This document shows positions 48,922-58,346 of a DNA stretch of 64,000 nt, one piece after another. Made by a program: the position numbers and the translations under genes. This DNA is from Myxococcota bacterium (GTDB lineage Bacteria > Myxococcota_A > UBA9160 > UBA6930), in contig OZ245002.1 of NCBI GenBank assembly GCA_965223415.1, positions 1,024,001-1,088,000 of the forward strand. The letters run 5' to 3'. Under the pieces are notes generated by a model that saw nothing but the letters and a program-made list of their open reading frames with translations, was not told the DNA's origin and did not search any database. Positions within the stretch are counted from its first letter, which is position 1; every line of letters begins with the position of its first letter.

Positions 48922-49289
48922 TGCTTCGCGTCTAGGAGCACACCTCCTGGGGTGCCCCGAAGATCCGCGACGGGCGGATCCGCGACTTCCCGATGATCAA
49001 GCCGGCCGCCGTGAGCACGGTACATGCCGTGCTGGATCGCAACGGTCTCCCGAAGCTACGTAGGCGCCGCCGTCACAAGGCCAAGGGCACGGAGCTCAAG
49101 GCGGCCCTCGGTCTCGGAGCCCTCGATCTGGTGGCTCACGCCGGTTCACGGCGTCTTCCGCCACGAGCGACCGCACCAGGCCCTGGGCGGGGCCGGCGAC
49201 GTCTGTTCACCAAGCCCGCCCTGCCAAACCTGCCGAGGCAGGTGGGGTCTGCGGCGTATCGCGTCCGGATGATCTGAACCGAGCTGGAA

Positions 49290-49520
49290 GTGGGCTTCAC
49301 GCTGCTTTGCCTCGCGGACGGTCTCGACGTATCCGGCTTCGAGAAGGTCGCGCGGAAGCGCGCCGTGCCACTCTCCCTCGTGCAGCTGCGGTGCAGCAAT
49401 GCGCGCAAGGCGTACGAGCGCGATCTGATCCTGGTTCGCCCCGATCAGCACGTCTGCTGGCGAGGCAACGAATCGCCCTGGGATGCAGGTTCGGTTCTGG
49501 ACCGCGTCCGAGGAGCTTGA
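49290..49520 (+). pseudogene. C-terminal fragment of an FAD-dependent aromatic monooxygenase
   Basis: GFTLL...YERDLILVRPDQHVCWRG; the N-terminal FAD domain is absent. Confidence 0.7.
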
Positions 49521-49653
49521 GCAGGAATCCGGCTCGCAGCCGATCCGGCGCGACCCAGCTTCTGTGGCGCGCCGAGCACGGCTCGAACGTGCGACCCCAT
49601 TTCGGCAGGCGGATCCGTGTATCCTGTGCGTGGACACTTGGGGAGATCGATCC

Positions 49654-51258
49654 ATGAGCGACGACGTCGCCGACGTTCTCATCATCGGAGCCGGAGCATC
49701 CGGCGCGGCGGTCGCGTGGAGCCTGGCCGAGACGCGCATGCGCATCGTGTGCCTCGAGCAGGGGGACTGGGTCGACCCGTCGGCCTACCCAACGAACTCC
49801 GCCAACTGGGAGAGTCAGGCGTTCGGCTCCTGGAACATCGACCCGAACGTTCGCGGCCTCGAGACCGACTACCCGATCAACAACGACGACTCCGAATGCG
49901 TCGTCGTGAATTTCAACGGCGTCGGCGGGAGCACCATCCTGTACGGCGCCCACTTCCCGCGGCTCCACCCGTCCGACTTCAAGGTGAGGAGTCTCGACGG
50001 CGTCGCCGACGACTGGCCGATCGACTACGCCACACTCGAGCCCTACTTCGCCGAGAACGATCGCATGATGGGCGTCTCGGGCATCGCGGGCGATCCCATG
50101 TACCCGCCGAAGGATCCTCCGTTGCCGCCGATCGCGATGGGCCTCGTCGGCGAAACGATGGCGCGGGGCTACAACAAGCTCGGCTGGCACTGGTGGCCCT
50201 CGGACAGCGCGATCATCTCCGAGCCCTACGGAGACCGCGATCGATGCCGCTACCTCGGCCCCTGCCTCAGCGGCTGCTCTCAGGGCGGCAAGTCGAGCGC
50301 CGACATCACCTACTGGCCGAAGGCGGTGCAGCGCGGCGTCGATCTGCGCACCCGGTGTCGCGTGCGCGAGATCACCCTCGACGAGCGGGGCTTCGCGGAT
50401 GGCGTCATCTACTACGACGAAGAGGGCAAGGAGTGCCGCCAGCGTGCCGAGATCGTGATCCTGGCGTGCAACGGCGTCGGCACCCCTCGCATCCTGCTGA
50501 ACTCGAAGTCGAGCCGGTTTCCGGATGGTCTCGGGAACCGGAGCGGCTTGGTCGGCAAGAACCTGATGTTCCACGTCTTCGGCTACGTGCAGGGGTTGTT
50601 CGAGGAGCGCCTCGACAGCCACAAGGGACCGATGGCCTGCTGCATCCTGAGCAAGCAGTTCTACGAGACCGACGCCTCGCGCGGCTTTCTTCGCGGGTAC
50701 AACATGCAGATCGTCCGCGGCTCGGGCCCGCTCGGAACGGCCATGCAGGGCTTCGCCACGGGGACCATCCCGTGGGGCAAGGGCCATCACGAGGCCTTCG
50801 CGAAGCATTTCGACCACGTCGCCTCCATCGGCATCGTCGGCGAGGACCTGCCGGAGGAGCACAACCGGGTGACGCTCGACCCCAAGCTTGTCGACTCCCA
50901 CGGCATCCCAGCGCCGAAGATCACGTACAAGTACAGCGAGAACAGCCTGAGGCTCATGCAGCACGGGCTCGAGCGGGGCGAGGAGGTGATGCGCGCCGCC
51001 GGTGCCAAGGACGTCATGAGCACGGGGCCCATGCGACCCACCGGCTGGCACCTGATGGGCACGGCCCGCATGGGCGACGACCCGGAGACCTCCGTCGTGA
51101 ATAGCTGGGGGCGCAGCCACGACGTGAAGAATCTGTTCGTCGTCGACGGCAGCATCTTCGTCACCTCGGGCGGTGTGAACTGCGCGAGCACGATCCAGGC
51201 GTGCGCGCTCTACATCGCCGACTCGATCAAGAAGAACCTCACCAACCTCTTCGACTGA
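49654..51258 (+). CDS. GMC-family oxidoreductase flavoprotein
   Basis: IIGAGASG, GVGGST, WPIDYATLEPY, HLMGTARMG, NLFVVDGS. Confidence 0.93.
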   Translation: MSDDVADVLIIGAGASGAAVAWSLAETRMRIVCLEQGDWVDPSAYPTNSANWESQAFGSWNIDPNVRGLETDYPINNDDSECVVVNFNGVGGSTILYGAHFPRLHPSDFKVRSLDGVADDWPIDYATLEPYFAENDRMMGVSGIAGDPMYPPKDPPLPPIAMGLVGETMARGYNKLGWHWWPSDSAIISEPYGDRDRCRYLGPCLSGCSQGGKSSADITYWPKAVQRGVDLRTRCRVREITLDERGFADGVIYYDEEGKECRQRAEIVILACNGVGTPRILLNSKSSRFPDGLGNRSGLVGKNLMFHVFGYVQGLFEERLDSHKGPMACCILSKQFYETDASRGFLRGYNMQIVRGSGPLGTAMQGFATGTIPWGKGHHEAFAKHFDHVASIGIVGEDLPEEHNRVTLDPKLVDSHGIPAPKITYKYSENSLRLMQHGLERGEEVMRAAGAKDVMSTGPMRPTGWHLMGTARMGDDPETSVVNSWGRSHDVKNLFVVDGSIFVTSGGVNCASTIQACALYIADSIKKNLTNLFD

Positions 51259-51271
51259 AGCCGGAGCCAGC

Positions 51272-51715
51272 GTGTCCAACCCCGTACTGACCGACACCCA
51301 GCGAGTCGCACTCCCTGCGCTGCTCGATACGATCGTCCCCGCGAGCGACGACGGCGAGATGCCGAGCGGGTCCGAAACGGCCTTCGACGCCTATCTCGTC
51401 ACGCAGGGACAGGGCTCCGTCCCCATCCTCCAGGCCGTGCTGGACCAGCTCGGTGCCGGCTTCACGGATCTCTCGCCGGAGGAGCGTCACGCCCGCCTGA
51501 CCGAGCTGCAGAACGAGCAGCTCGCGCTCTTCTCTGGCCTGCTGGCGTGCGTGTACGACTGCTACTACCAGGACGACCGCGTTCGCGAGAGGATCGACAT
51601 GGTTCGCGGCCCGGTGTTCCCACAAGGGAACGAGGTCGCCCAGGCCGACCTGTCGCTGCTCGATCCCGTCATCGAGAACGCGGACGCCTTCCGCTATCGC
51701 GCTCCGACCGGCTGA
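51272..51715 (+). CDS. Gluconate 2-dehydrogenase subunit 3-like protein
   Basis: LDTIVPA..MPS, YYQDDRV, PVFPQG; directly after the GMC gene. Confidence 0.7.
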   Translation: MSNPVLTDTQRVALPALLDTIVPASDDGEMPSGSETAFDAYLVTQGQGSVPILQAVLDQLGAGFTDLSPEERHARLTELQNEQLALFSGLLACVYDCYYQDDRVRERIDMVRGPVFPQGNEVAQADLSLLDPVIENADAFRYRAPTG

Positions 51716-51789
51716 ACGTCGACTCTGCAGGGGGCTGCCATAGCGTGCATTGAGGTGTCGTTTCAACGGCACCGGGCGCGTTCTCAATT

Positions 51790-52062
51790 CACCCGTTCGA
51801 ATCGCCGGTCAGGGACGAGCCAAGCCAACGCGACCACGACATGGACCATGAACGCGAGAACCGGCGCGAGAAACGAGGCCCCGACGCCAAGCACATGGGC
51901 TCCCACAGATGCTGCACCTTTCCTAGACGAAGCTCAACGCGTAGCTGCCAAGAGCCGGCAACACGGGCAGAAGTGCGGCGGGGGTTGGCTCGTGAGGTAC
52001 TTTCAGTTCCAGCACCATGATCGCACCCCATCGCTGAAGGCCTCGAGGCGATTCGTACTCAC
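51790..52062 (-). pseudogene. TMEM175 (DUF1211) K+ channel pseudogene
   Basis: GTG start STNRLEAFSDGV, then deletion/frameshift to IMVLELKVPH...SYALSFV*. Confidence 0.75.
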
Positions 52063-52670
52063 GAGTCCTGGACCTCCGGCAAGCCGCCCCAGGCGCGAAG
52101 GATCGTCCCCGTCATCGTTCCGTTGATCGCCTCGATGTAGAATGCAGCGGTCTGCTCCGCAGTGACGAGGCCCTCTCTCTCTCGTCCGGGCTCAACCACC
52201 GGAGCAGGAGACACGACGTTGAGACGGATACCCCGAGGCAGAAGCGGCGCGGTGTTTGAAACGAAGGTGTCCACAGCGGCATTGAGGGGACCCGTTCCGA
52301 TGCTGTTCGGGTTCGCGTAGTGCGAGAGAAACCCGCTGGTCAGCACGAAGACCCCATCGTCTCGGATTGTTGTCGTTCCCGAACGAACCAGTCGCACTTG
52401 GGCGAGGAACTTTCGCTCGAACCCGTAGCGGAAGTCGTCGTCTTCCAGGGTCTCATACGGGCCGAAGGTGCTGTCCGATCCAGCAGCGGCAACCAAGGCG
52501 TCGAAATCACCCAAGGCCTGGAGCATCTCGGCCACCGACTCGGGGTTGGTGTAGTCGCACCGGATGTCCCCGCTCCTCGAGCCGATTCGCACAACGTCAT
52601 GCCGGCCCGAGAGCTGGTTGTCGACGGCACGTCCGATCTTTCCTGATGCTCCAACGATCGCAATCTTCAC
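52059..52670 (-). CDS. Short-chain dehydrogenase
   Basis: VGASGKIG, GIRLNVVSP. Confidence 0.88.
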   Translation of the reverse strand: MKIAIVGASGKIGRAVDNQLSGRHDVVRIGSRSGDIRCDYTNPESVAEMLQALGDFDALVAAAGSDSTFGPYETLEDDDFRYGFERKFLAQVRLVRSGTTTIRDDGVFVLTSGFLSHYANPNSIGTGPLNAAVDTFVSNTAPLLPRGIRLNVVSPAPVVEPGREREGLVTAEQTAAFYIEAINGTMTGTILRAWGGLPEVQDS

Positions 52671-52766
52671 GGCCTACTCCGCCTCTGTTTCTGGGAACCT
52701 GTTGCCATCGGCTGCGACGACGCGAGTCATTCGGGATCACTCGGCTCGCTGGTCGGCAGCGCGCCT

Positions 52767-53330
52767 CTAGTCGCTGCCAATCTGTCGATTCCAGTCAGCG
52801 TTGTCCCAGAAGAGGTATTCCTCTGCGATGCGACCCTCCTCCCAGCGCGCAATCGTCGCAATCTTGATGCGGACTGGTTTCCCCGTGGGCTCACGAACCG
52901 TCCCGTCGGGAAGCGTGAGGGGCTTGATCCATCTCCCCTCCGAGATGCTGATTCCGGCGGTCCACTCGCCGAATCCAAAGCCGACGATGTGCTCGGAGAC
53001 CTTGAAGTCGAACGTGTCGAAGAGGAACTGAAGCTCTTTGCTGTGAGGCTCGTAGGGTGAGGTCTTCGTCCCGTCAGCGTTGTGGACGATGACGTTGTCC
53101 GCATGAATCTCGGAGATTCGTTTCAGATCTCGGCTGTTGAAGGCCTCGAGGTCGAGCTCGTCGAAGGTTCTGAGATGCGCGGCGGTCTGAGCCCGCTCCG
53201 CGTTGTGGGCGTCGACCTGAGCCTGAAGCGCGGCCACCTTGGCTCTGAGTTCGCTGATCTCGCTATCCGCGGCTGCGGGGCTGCAGGCAAGCGCCAAGAT
53301 CGCGGTCGCAGCGAGGATGGTGGTTCGCAT
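52767..53330 (-). CDS. Secreted SnoaL-like / ester cyclase family protein
   Basis: Signal peptide, coiled segment, PTGKPVRI, IAEEYLFWD. Confidence 0.8.
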   Translation of the reverse strand: MRTTILAATAILALACSPAAADSEISELRAKVAALQAQVDAHNAERAQTAAHLRTFDELDLEAFNSRDLKRISEIHADNVIVHNADGTKTSPYEPHSKELQFLFDTFDFKVSEHIVGFGFGEWTAGISISEGRWIKPLTLPDGTVREPTGKPVRIKIATIARWEEGRIAEEYLFWDNADWNRQIGSD

Positions 53331-53446
53331 GATGGTCTCCCTTTGGTTGTTGGATTCCCCGAGCACGCCGAACAACCTATGATGTGCTCAATATCGGCAC
53401 AATGGGACTATTGTAGTTTCACTATCCCGAATTCTGGAACAATGAG

Positions 53447-54373
53447 ATGGACGTTCTCAAAGGAATGACGGTCTTCGTGGCCGTGGCGAAGCAGGGGAGT
53501 TTTGCGGCAGCCGCTCGCGAGCTGCAGCTATCTCGATCCGCGGTCAGCCGGCTCGTCCTCGACCTCGAGGAGTGGCTCGGGGCACCGCTGTTCAACCGGA
53601 CGACACGCGCCCTGTCCCTAACGGATGCTGGGCGTACGCATCTCGAGCGCTGCGAACTCCTGGTGGCCGAAGCCGATGACATTAGGAAACACGCAACCGA
53701 GCAACGCTCCGAAGCGCAAGGCCCACTCCGAATCACCGCGCCGCTGTTCGTCGCCCGGTATTTCCTGCAAGACTTACTTCCCGCATATCTGAAGATGTTT
53801 CCAAAGGTCGAGCTTGACCTGGTCGCCGTCGACAGAATGGTCGACATCATCGCCGAGGGTTTCGACATCGCGATCCGGGCCGGGGTTGTTCCGGACTCGT
53901 CGCTCATTTCAAGGCGCCTGATGGATGCGCGCCTCCTCCTCGTGGCATCACCGGACTACCTGAAGCGATGGGGAAGACCTGAGTCCCCGACCGACCTCGC
54001 CAACCACAACTGCATCGTCGACACCGTCGCTGGGTACGCCAACCGCTGGCCCGTCGGAGGTGCGAAGTCGACGAAATCCGTGCCCGTTCATGGGAACGTG
54101 AAGGTCAATAGCGGTGAGATCGCGCGGAACCTTGCGCTCGCGGACGTCGGTATCACGCTCCTCCCAGAGTTCATGGTTGCCGCCGAAGTCCGAGAAGGCC
54201 GCTTGGTCTCCTTGCTCGACGATCTCGTTCGATTCGAGGGAGCTCTGTTCGCCCTATATCCTCACCGCCGGAGTCAGTCGCCGAGCGTCCGGACCTTCAT
54301 TGACCACGCGGTGGCCCACGTGACCCAGCTCGAGCGCCGCCGCGGTGAGATCGGAACTAGCGAGTCCACGTAG
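53447..54373 (+). CDS. LysR-family regulator (CrgA-like)
   Basis: GSFAAAARELQLSRSAVS, FNRTTRALSLTDAG, EGFDIAIR. Confidence 0.93.
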   Translation: MDVLKGMTVFVAVAKQGSFAAAARELQLSRSAVSRLVLDLEEWLGAPLFNRTTRALSLTDAGRTHLERCELLVAEADDIRKHATEQRSEAQGPLRITAPLFVARYFLQDLLPAYLKMFPKVELDLVAVDRMVDIIAEGFDIAIRAGVVPDSSLISRRLMDARLLLVASPDYLKRWGRPESPTDLANHNCIVDTVAGYANRWPVGGAKSTKSVPVHGNVKVNSGEIARNLALADVGITLLPEFMVAAEVREGRLVSLLDDLVRFEGALFALYPHRRSQSPSVRTFIDHAVAHVTQLERRRGEIGTSEST

Positions 54374-54570
54374 GGCGCCGATTCGAACCGAGGAGACCAC
54401 TGCACGCTCACTTCGATGCGGGGCGACGTGGTGCCTGTCGAGGGACGTCATCTCTTGCGCGCTAAGAGGACGGCTAGTTTTGCGCACCCCCCTGGGTTGA
54501 TGTTCGGTTCTTCCTTCTTCTCTTCCGCTCTCCGAAGGAGAGCACGGCCGTCAGGCCGCCCTCTGGGGCC

Positions 54571-55371
54571 TCAACGCTGGGCGCTTTGCCCCGCGGCCTG
54601 CTCGAGCTCGCGGAGCCGGTAGCTCCGCCCCGAGATGTTGAGCACCTGGCTGTGGTGGAGGAGGCGATCGAGGATGGCGGTGGCCAGCACCTCGTCGCCC
54701 GCCAGCACCTCGGGCCAGTCGGCGATGCCCTTGTTCGTGGTGATCAGGATCGAGCCCCTCCCATAGCGGTAGGAGACGAGCCGGAAGAAGAGGCTCGCCT
54801 CCTGGCGCGTCATGGGCTCGAAGCCGACCTCGTCGATGACGAGGAGCGCCACGTTCATGTGCTTGCGCCGCCGCAGCCGTTGCGGGCTGATCTCGGCGTC
54901 GCGCTTGAGGGCCGCCAGCAGGTCCTCGAGGCGATGGAAGGCCACGGAGAAGCCGTTCTCCACGGCCCGCACCCCCAGGGCCACCGCCAGGTGGGTCTTG
55001 CCCACTCCCGGCGGACCCTGGATCAGCAGACTCTCCTTGGCCCGGATCCACGCGCAGGTGCCCAGCGTCTCGATCCGGCTCCGCTCCACACTCGGCTGGA
55101 AGGCGAAGTCGAAGTTGCCGAGGGTCTGCCCCGTGGGAAGGCCCGAGAGACGGAGCGAGGTCTTCATCCTCCGCTCCTCGCGGTGCTGCAGCTCGGCCTC
55201 GAGCAGCAGGTCGAGGAAGCGGTGGGGCACGAGGTCGTCCTTGGTCGCTCGGGCCAGCTCCTCGCCGATGTGCTCGGCCGCGTGATGGAGGCCGAGGCGC
55301 ACGAGCCGCTCGCGGGTCGGGTCGAGATCCACCTTGCCGCCCTTCTTGGGCACCGGGTTTCCCGCCGTCAT
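54571..55371 (-). CDS. istB: IS21 IstB ATPase
   Basis: GPPGVGKT, LLVIDEVG, TTNK, ILDRLLHH, GRSYRL. Confidence 0.95.
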   Translation of the reverse strand: MTAGNPVPKKGGKVDLDPTRERLVRLGLHHAAEHIGEELARATKDDLVPHRFLDLLLEAELQHREERRMKTSLRLSGLPTGQTLGNFDFAFQPSVERSRIETLGTCAWIRAKESLLIQGPPGVGKTHLAVALGVRAVENGFSVAFHRLEDLLAALKRDAEISPQRLRRRKHMNVALLVIDEVGFEPMTRQEASLFFRLVSYRYGRGSILITTNKGIADWPEVLAGDEVLATAILDRLLHHSQVLNISGRSYRLRELEQAAGQSAQR

Positions 55372-56654
55372 CGCGCCACCTCCGCCAGATCGGCATAGAG
55401 GTCGATCGGCCGCTGCTCCGGCTCCATCGCCCACAGCTCCTGGAGGCGTCGACCCATGCGCCCGAGCGGTACGGGCGCCTCCACCCCCTCCGTGCTCGGC
55501 CCCTCGTAGTGGCTCGGGTCCAGCAGCAGGCGGCTTCGCGTGTGGCGCGGGTGCGCGGCCACCACCGAGCCCTCGGCCCAGACCTGCACCTGCCGGGCGC
55601 AGCCGCGCACCTCGACGCTCTGCTCGACGAAGCGGAAGGGGACGCTGTAGGTACGCCCCTCGAAGCGCACCGTGGCGTCGCGCCCGACACGTCGCATCAC
55701 GGCCAGGTCGAAGGGCTCGGGAAGCCGCTCGGGCAGGGCCCCGAGATGGGGCTTCTCCGCCTCCCACGCCTGGAAGACCGTCGTGCCCGTCGCCGGGCAC
55801 TGCCGCCGGTGGCTCGAGCGCGCCACCTGGCCGTCCGTCCACGCTTGCAGCGACTCCAGGCTCTCGTGCTCCCGCCGACGCGGATCGAAGCCCCGCCGGT
55901 GCCCCAGGATCCGACGCTCCACCTTCCCCTTCTCCTGCGGCTGGCGGGGACGGGTGGCGTCCACGTGGAAGCGAAGGGCCCCGGCATAGCTCGCGTAAGC
56001 CGGGTTCACCGTCCCCCATGGCCCCGCCCCCTTCGCCACCGCTGTCTTCACGTTGTCGACCCGCAGCACCGCCGGCACCCCGCCCAGCCGCTCGAAGGCC
56101 CGGTTGTGCACGTCCAGCCACGCCAGCGTGTCCGCCCGCTCCGACCACACCACCGCTTCTCGCCGCGAGTGCGAGAGCACCAGGTGGAAGGCATGCAGGT
56201 CCACCTCCTGGCCCCCGATCCGCACGCCCGGAAACTCGCCCCAGTCCACCTGACCCTGCGCCCCGGGCGGTGTCTCCACCCGACGCCGGCTCCGCACCTT
56301 CGGTCTCGGGAACCGGGCCCGCACGTACCGCTGCACGCTCTTGGAGCTCCCCGTGTACCCGTGCTCCTCCACCAGGAACTCGTGAAGCTCCTGCAGGTTC
56401 ACGCCACGGCCTCCCGAGCTCGCCTCCAGCCACTCCGCGATCACCTCGTGGACCGCCTCGGCCAGGAAGGGCTTCCCGCTCCGGCCGTCTCGCGCCCCCT
56501 CCGCCAGCCGCTTCAGCCGGTAGCGCACCGCGCTCTCCCGGATCCCCAGCTGGCGGGCGATCTCCCGGTTCGAGCACCCCCGCTCGTGCAGCACTTCGAT
56601 CGTCATCACTTCCTCCTGCCTCAGTCGCCGCTGCCCCACGCCCCCCTCCCTCAC
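55368..56654 (-). CDS. istA: IS21 IstA transposase (start approximate)
   Basis: ETPPGAQGQVDWG, LGGVP, DNVK, PQEKGKVE, YSVP. Confidence 0.95.
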   Translation of the reverse strand: MREGGVGQRRLRQEEVMTIEVLHERGCSNREIARQLGIRESAVRYRLKRLAEGARDGRSGKPFLAEAVHEVIAEWLEASSGGRGVNLQELHEFLVEEHGYTGSSKSVQRYVRARFPRPKVRSRRRVETPPGAQGQVDWGEFPGVRIGGQEVDLHAFHLVLSHSRREAVVWSERADTLAWLDVHNRAFERLGGVPAVLRVDNVKTAVAKGAGPWGTVNPAYASYAGALRFHVDATRPRQPQEKGKVERRILGHRRGFDPRRREHESLESLQAWTDGQVARSSHRRQCPATGTTVFQAWEAEKPHLGALPERLPEPFDLAVMRRVGRDATVRFEGRTYSVPFRFVEQSVEVRGCARQVQVWAEGSVVAAHPRHTRSRLLLDPSHYEGPSTEGVEAPVPLGRMGRRLQELWAMEPEQRPIDLYADLAEVAR

Positions 56655-56737
56655 GGGGAACGTGCCGCGCAGCGGCTCAACAGGAGGTGCGCAAATCTAC
56701 GTGTCCTCTTAGCCCTCGAATATCACGTCCTGCGACA

Positions 56738-56843
56738 AAAGATGAGCGACGGTCCCATACTCGAGCGAGATGTAGAGCACACCCTCGTCGAGAGACTGCG
56801 GGATCTCGGTCACGAACGCATGCGAGATCTGCTCTACTCGCAC
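56738..56843 (-). pseudogene. DUF6527-family protein N-terminus truncated by IS21
   Basis: GTG at 56843 overlaps the ThiF gene end: MRVEQISHAFVTEIPQSLDEGVLYISLEYGTVAHL, then the IS end; matches the recalled DUF6527 start FVxxIPxxLxxGVLYIS...HLC. Confidence 0.75.
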
Positions 56844-58015
56844 TCCTCGTCCTCGCTGACCAGGAGATTCACGTCGAGCGTATACGTCGTCGAGTGTTCG
56901 CGTTCCAGGTCTCGGTAGAACCCGAGGAGCTTCTTCCAGCGAATCACCGCCATCGCTGCGTTCAGGGCGTTCAGCTCGGCGATCTGGATGTTGCTTCGGT
57001 AGGCGTCATCCTCGACTGCAGCATCCAACGAGACCCGCTTTCGGAAGTGCTCTCGTTTTGCTGGCGTGCTCGTCGTCGTGCGGACGACACCTCCCAGCTG
57101 GCCTTCATCGAGCTCGAGGCCAATGCCGACGTCGACGAAGGCGATTTCCTGGTCCTCGAGGTAGGCCACGATCGGTGCCTTTGCAGCGCCATCGTCGATA
57201 CAGAGGAAGACGAAGTCCACACCTGCCAGCTCACCCACGTTCGACTGATCGAGCGCGATCTCGTGGGGCACTATGCGACGGTGCATGCTCGAGTAGAGGC
57301 GGTGATGGTGCGTCACCTTGGCCGGGCCCTCCCGCAGGGTCTCTAGCGATGGAGCACCTGGCGCTCGGAATGCGTTGTGGGTGAAAAAGCGGTCGGGATC
57401 GAAAATGTGAATCTCCCTAACCGGGGTCTTCGCCGCGAAGTCGAGTACGTACGCCCCGCTCCCGCCGACGCCGACGATGGCGATCCGCTGCCGCTCCAGC
57501 TTGCTCGTCACCTCGACGATCCCAGCCCGGGCGGACGCCGTTTCGGGGTAGCGAAACGGCGACTCCGCGGGGGCCTCGCTCGGACGGAACGTCTTGGGTG
57601 TGGCCGTTCGGTCGAGTGAGGCGGCCGGGCCCGAGAGGATGGTTGCATAGGTATCGAACTTCGCGAAGTAGTCCGGGTACCCGCCCGGAGGCTTGTTGGA
57701 GAAAGAGTGTCTCGCAACCAAGTCGTCGGCGATCGTCGTGCTTGCCCGACCGTGCTCGATCCCGGTGATCGGCTTGCCGGAGGCATGACACGGATGATGC
57801 TCTCCCGTGAACATCATCACGTGCGTGCTCGGTCTACCTGTTCGATCTCCGCTAAGTGTGAGCTCTGAGACGAGGGCGCCGCGTGCGACTGTCCGGTCCC
57901 GGGTCACGTACGGCACGTTGTCGACAACGATGTGGCCCGATCGGATCGAGACCTCATAGCCCTCGTCAACGAGGCGCTGCAGATCAGGGCTAAGACTTAT
58001 CAGTGCGTGTGACAT
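56834..58015 (-). CDS. ThiF/E1-like adenylyltransferase with N-terminal DUF6791-like domain
   Basis: N-domain SPDLQRLVDEGYEV...VPYV...FSNKP..Y.DY..K; C-domain IAIVGVGGSG, FDPD..HNAFRAPG, FVFLCID, DVGIG, NIQIAELNALNA. Confidence 0.88.
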   Translation of the reverse strand: MSHALISLSPDLQRLVDEGYEVSIRSGHIVVDNVPYVTRDRTVARGALVSELTLSGDRTGRPSTHVMMFTGEHHPCHASGKPITGIEHGRASTTIADDLVARHSFSNKPPGGYPDYFAKFDTYATILSGPAASLDRTATPKTFRPSEAPAESPFRYPETASARAGIVEVTSKLERQRIAIVGVGGSGAYVLDFAAKTPVREIHIFDPDRFFTHNAFRAPGAPSLETLREGPAKVTHHHRLYSSMHRRIVPHEIALDQSNVGELAGVDFVFLCIDDGAAKAPIVAYLEDQEIAFVDVGIGLELDEGQLGGVVRTTTSTPAKREHFRKRVSLDAAVEDDAYRSNIQIAELNALNAAMAVIRWKKLLGFYRDLEREHSTTYTLDVNLLVSEDEECE

Positions 58016-58253
58016 TGAAGATCATTCCGTCCTTGACCTTCACAGCCTCGCCCTCCACGAGCGTCCCTTCGCGCTTGCCACCCGGGCCGCGCTTGAAGGT
58101 GACGGTGAAGCAGATGAAGCCGCCCTGGGTCTGCCCCGGGAAGGCGATGTCGACGACCTCGGCGAACGTCAGCTCCTCCTTCTTGGGCAGCTGGTGACGC
58201 CGTCCGTTGACGATGATGGTCACGGTCTTCTCGCAGTCGCTGTGCTTGTTCAT
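57990..58253 (-). CDS. Multiubiquitin-family ubiquitin-like (beta-grasp) protein, single domain
   Basis: VTIIVNGR, LTFAEVVDIAFP, TVTFKRGP, GTLVEGEAVKVKDGMIFNVTRTDKS*; AAAGGAG RBS. Confidence 0.85.
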   Translation of the reverse strand: MNKHSDCEKTVTIIVNGRRHQLPKKEELTFAEVVDIAFPGQTQGGFICFTVTFKRGPGGKREGTLVEGEAVKVKDGMIFNVTRTDKS

Positions 58254-58346
58254 TTCCGGCTCTCCTTTATGATCCTGCGCTCCATGAGCGCGTGCATGCG
58301 TGTCAGCGTGCATGCGGACACTTTAGCGAAGAAAGGACGCGGCCGC

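Larger units (their letters stand above)
47360..48950 (+). repeat. 17-bp direct repeat AGGAGCACACCTCCTGG at 47360-47376 and 48934-48950
   Basis: Exact duplicate flanking the cassette; contains the internal palindrome AGGAG-N5-CTCCT. Confidence 0.9.
47196..49190 (+). mobile_element. Degenerate IS481-family element interrupted by a three-gene cassette
   Basis: IR-like TGTCC...GAGACATCGCTGACA at about 47196; transposase pieces GLAGLQDRPRRPYRH..QIER, ILGIKKEHTSW | GAPKIRD...STVHAVLDRNGL and HERPHQALG; limits approximate. Confidence 0.75.
54436..56737 (-). mobile_element. IS21-family insertion sequence, type B, copy 1
   Basis: Imperfect IRs TGTCGAGGGACGTCAT..GCTAAGAGGAC..TTTGCGCACC (54436) and reverse TGTCGCAGGACGTGAT..GCTAAGAGGAC..TTTGCGCACC (56737); no matching target duplication. 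Confidence 0.93.

Noticed and set aside
56834..58015. ThiF gene as thiamine/molybdopterin biosynthesis or CBASS Cap2
   Set aside because: No thi/moa genes, no CxxC pairs, no Gly-Gly carrier, and no CD-NTase or JAB gene in the window.
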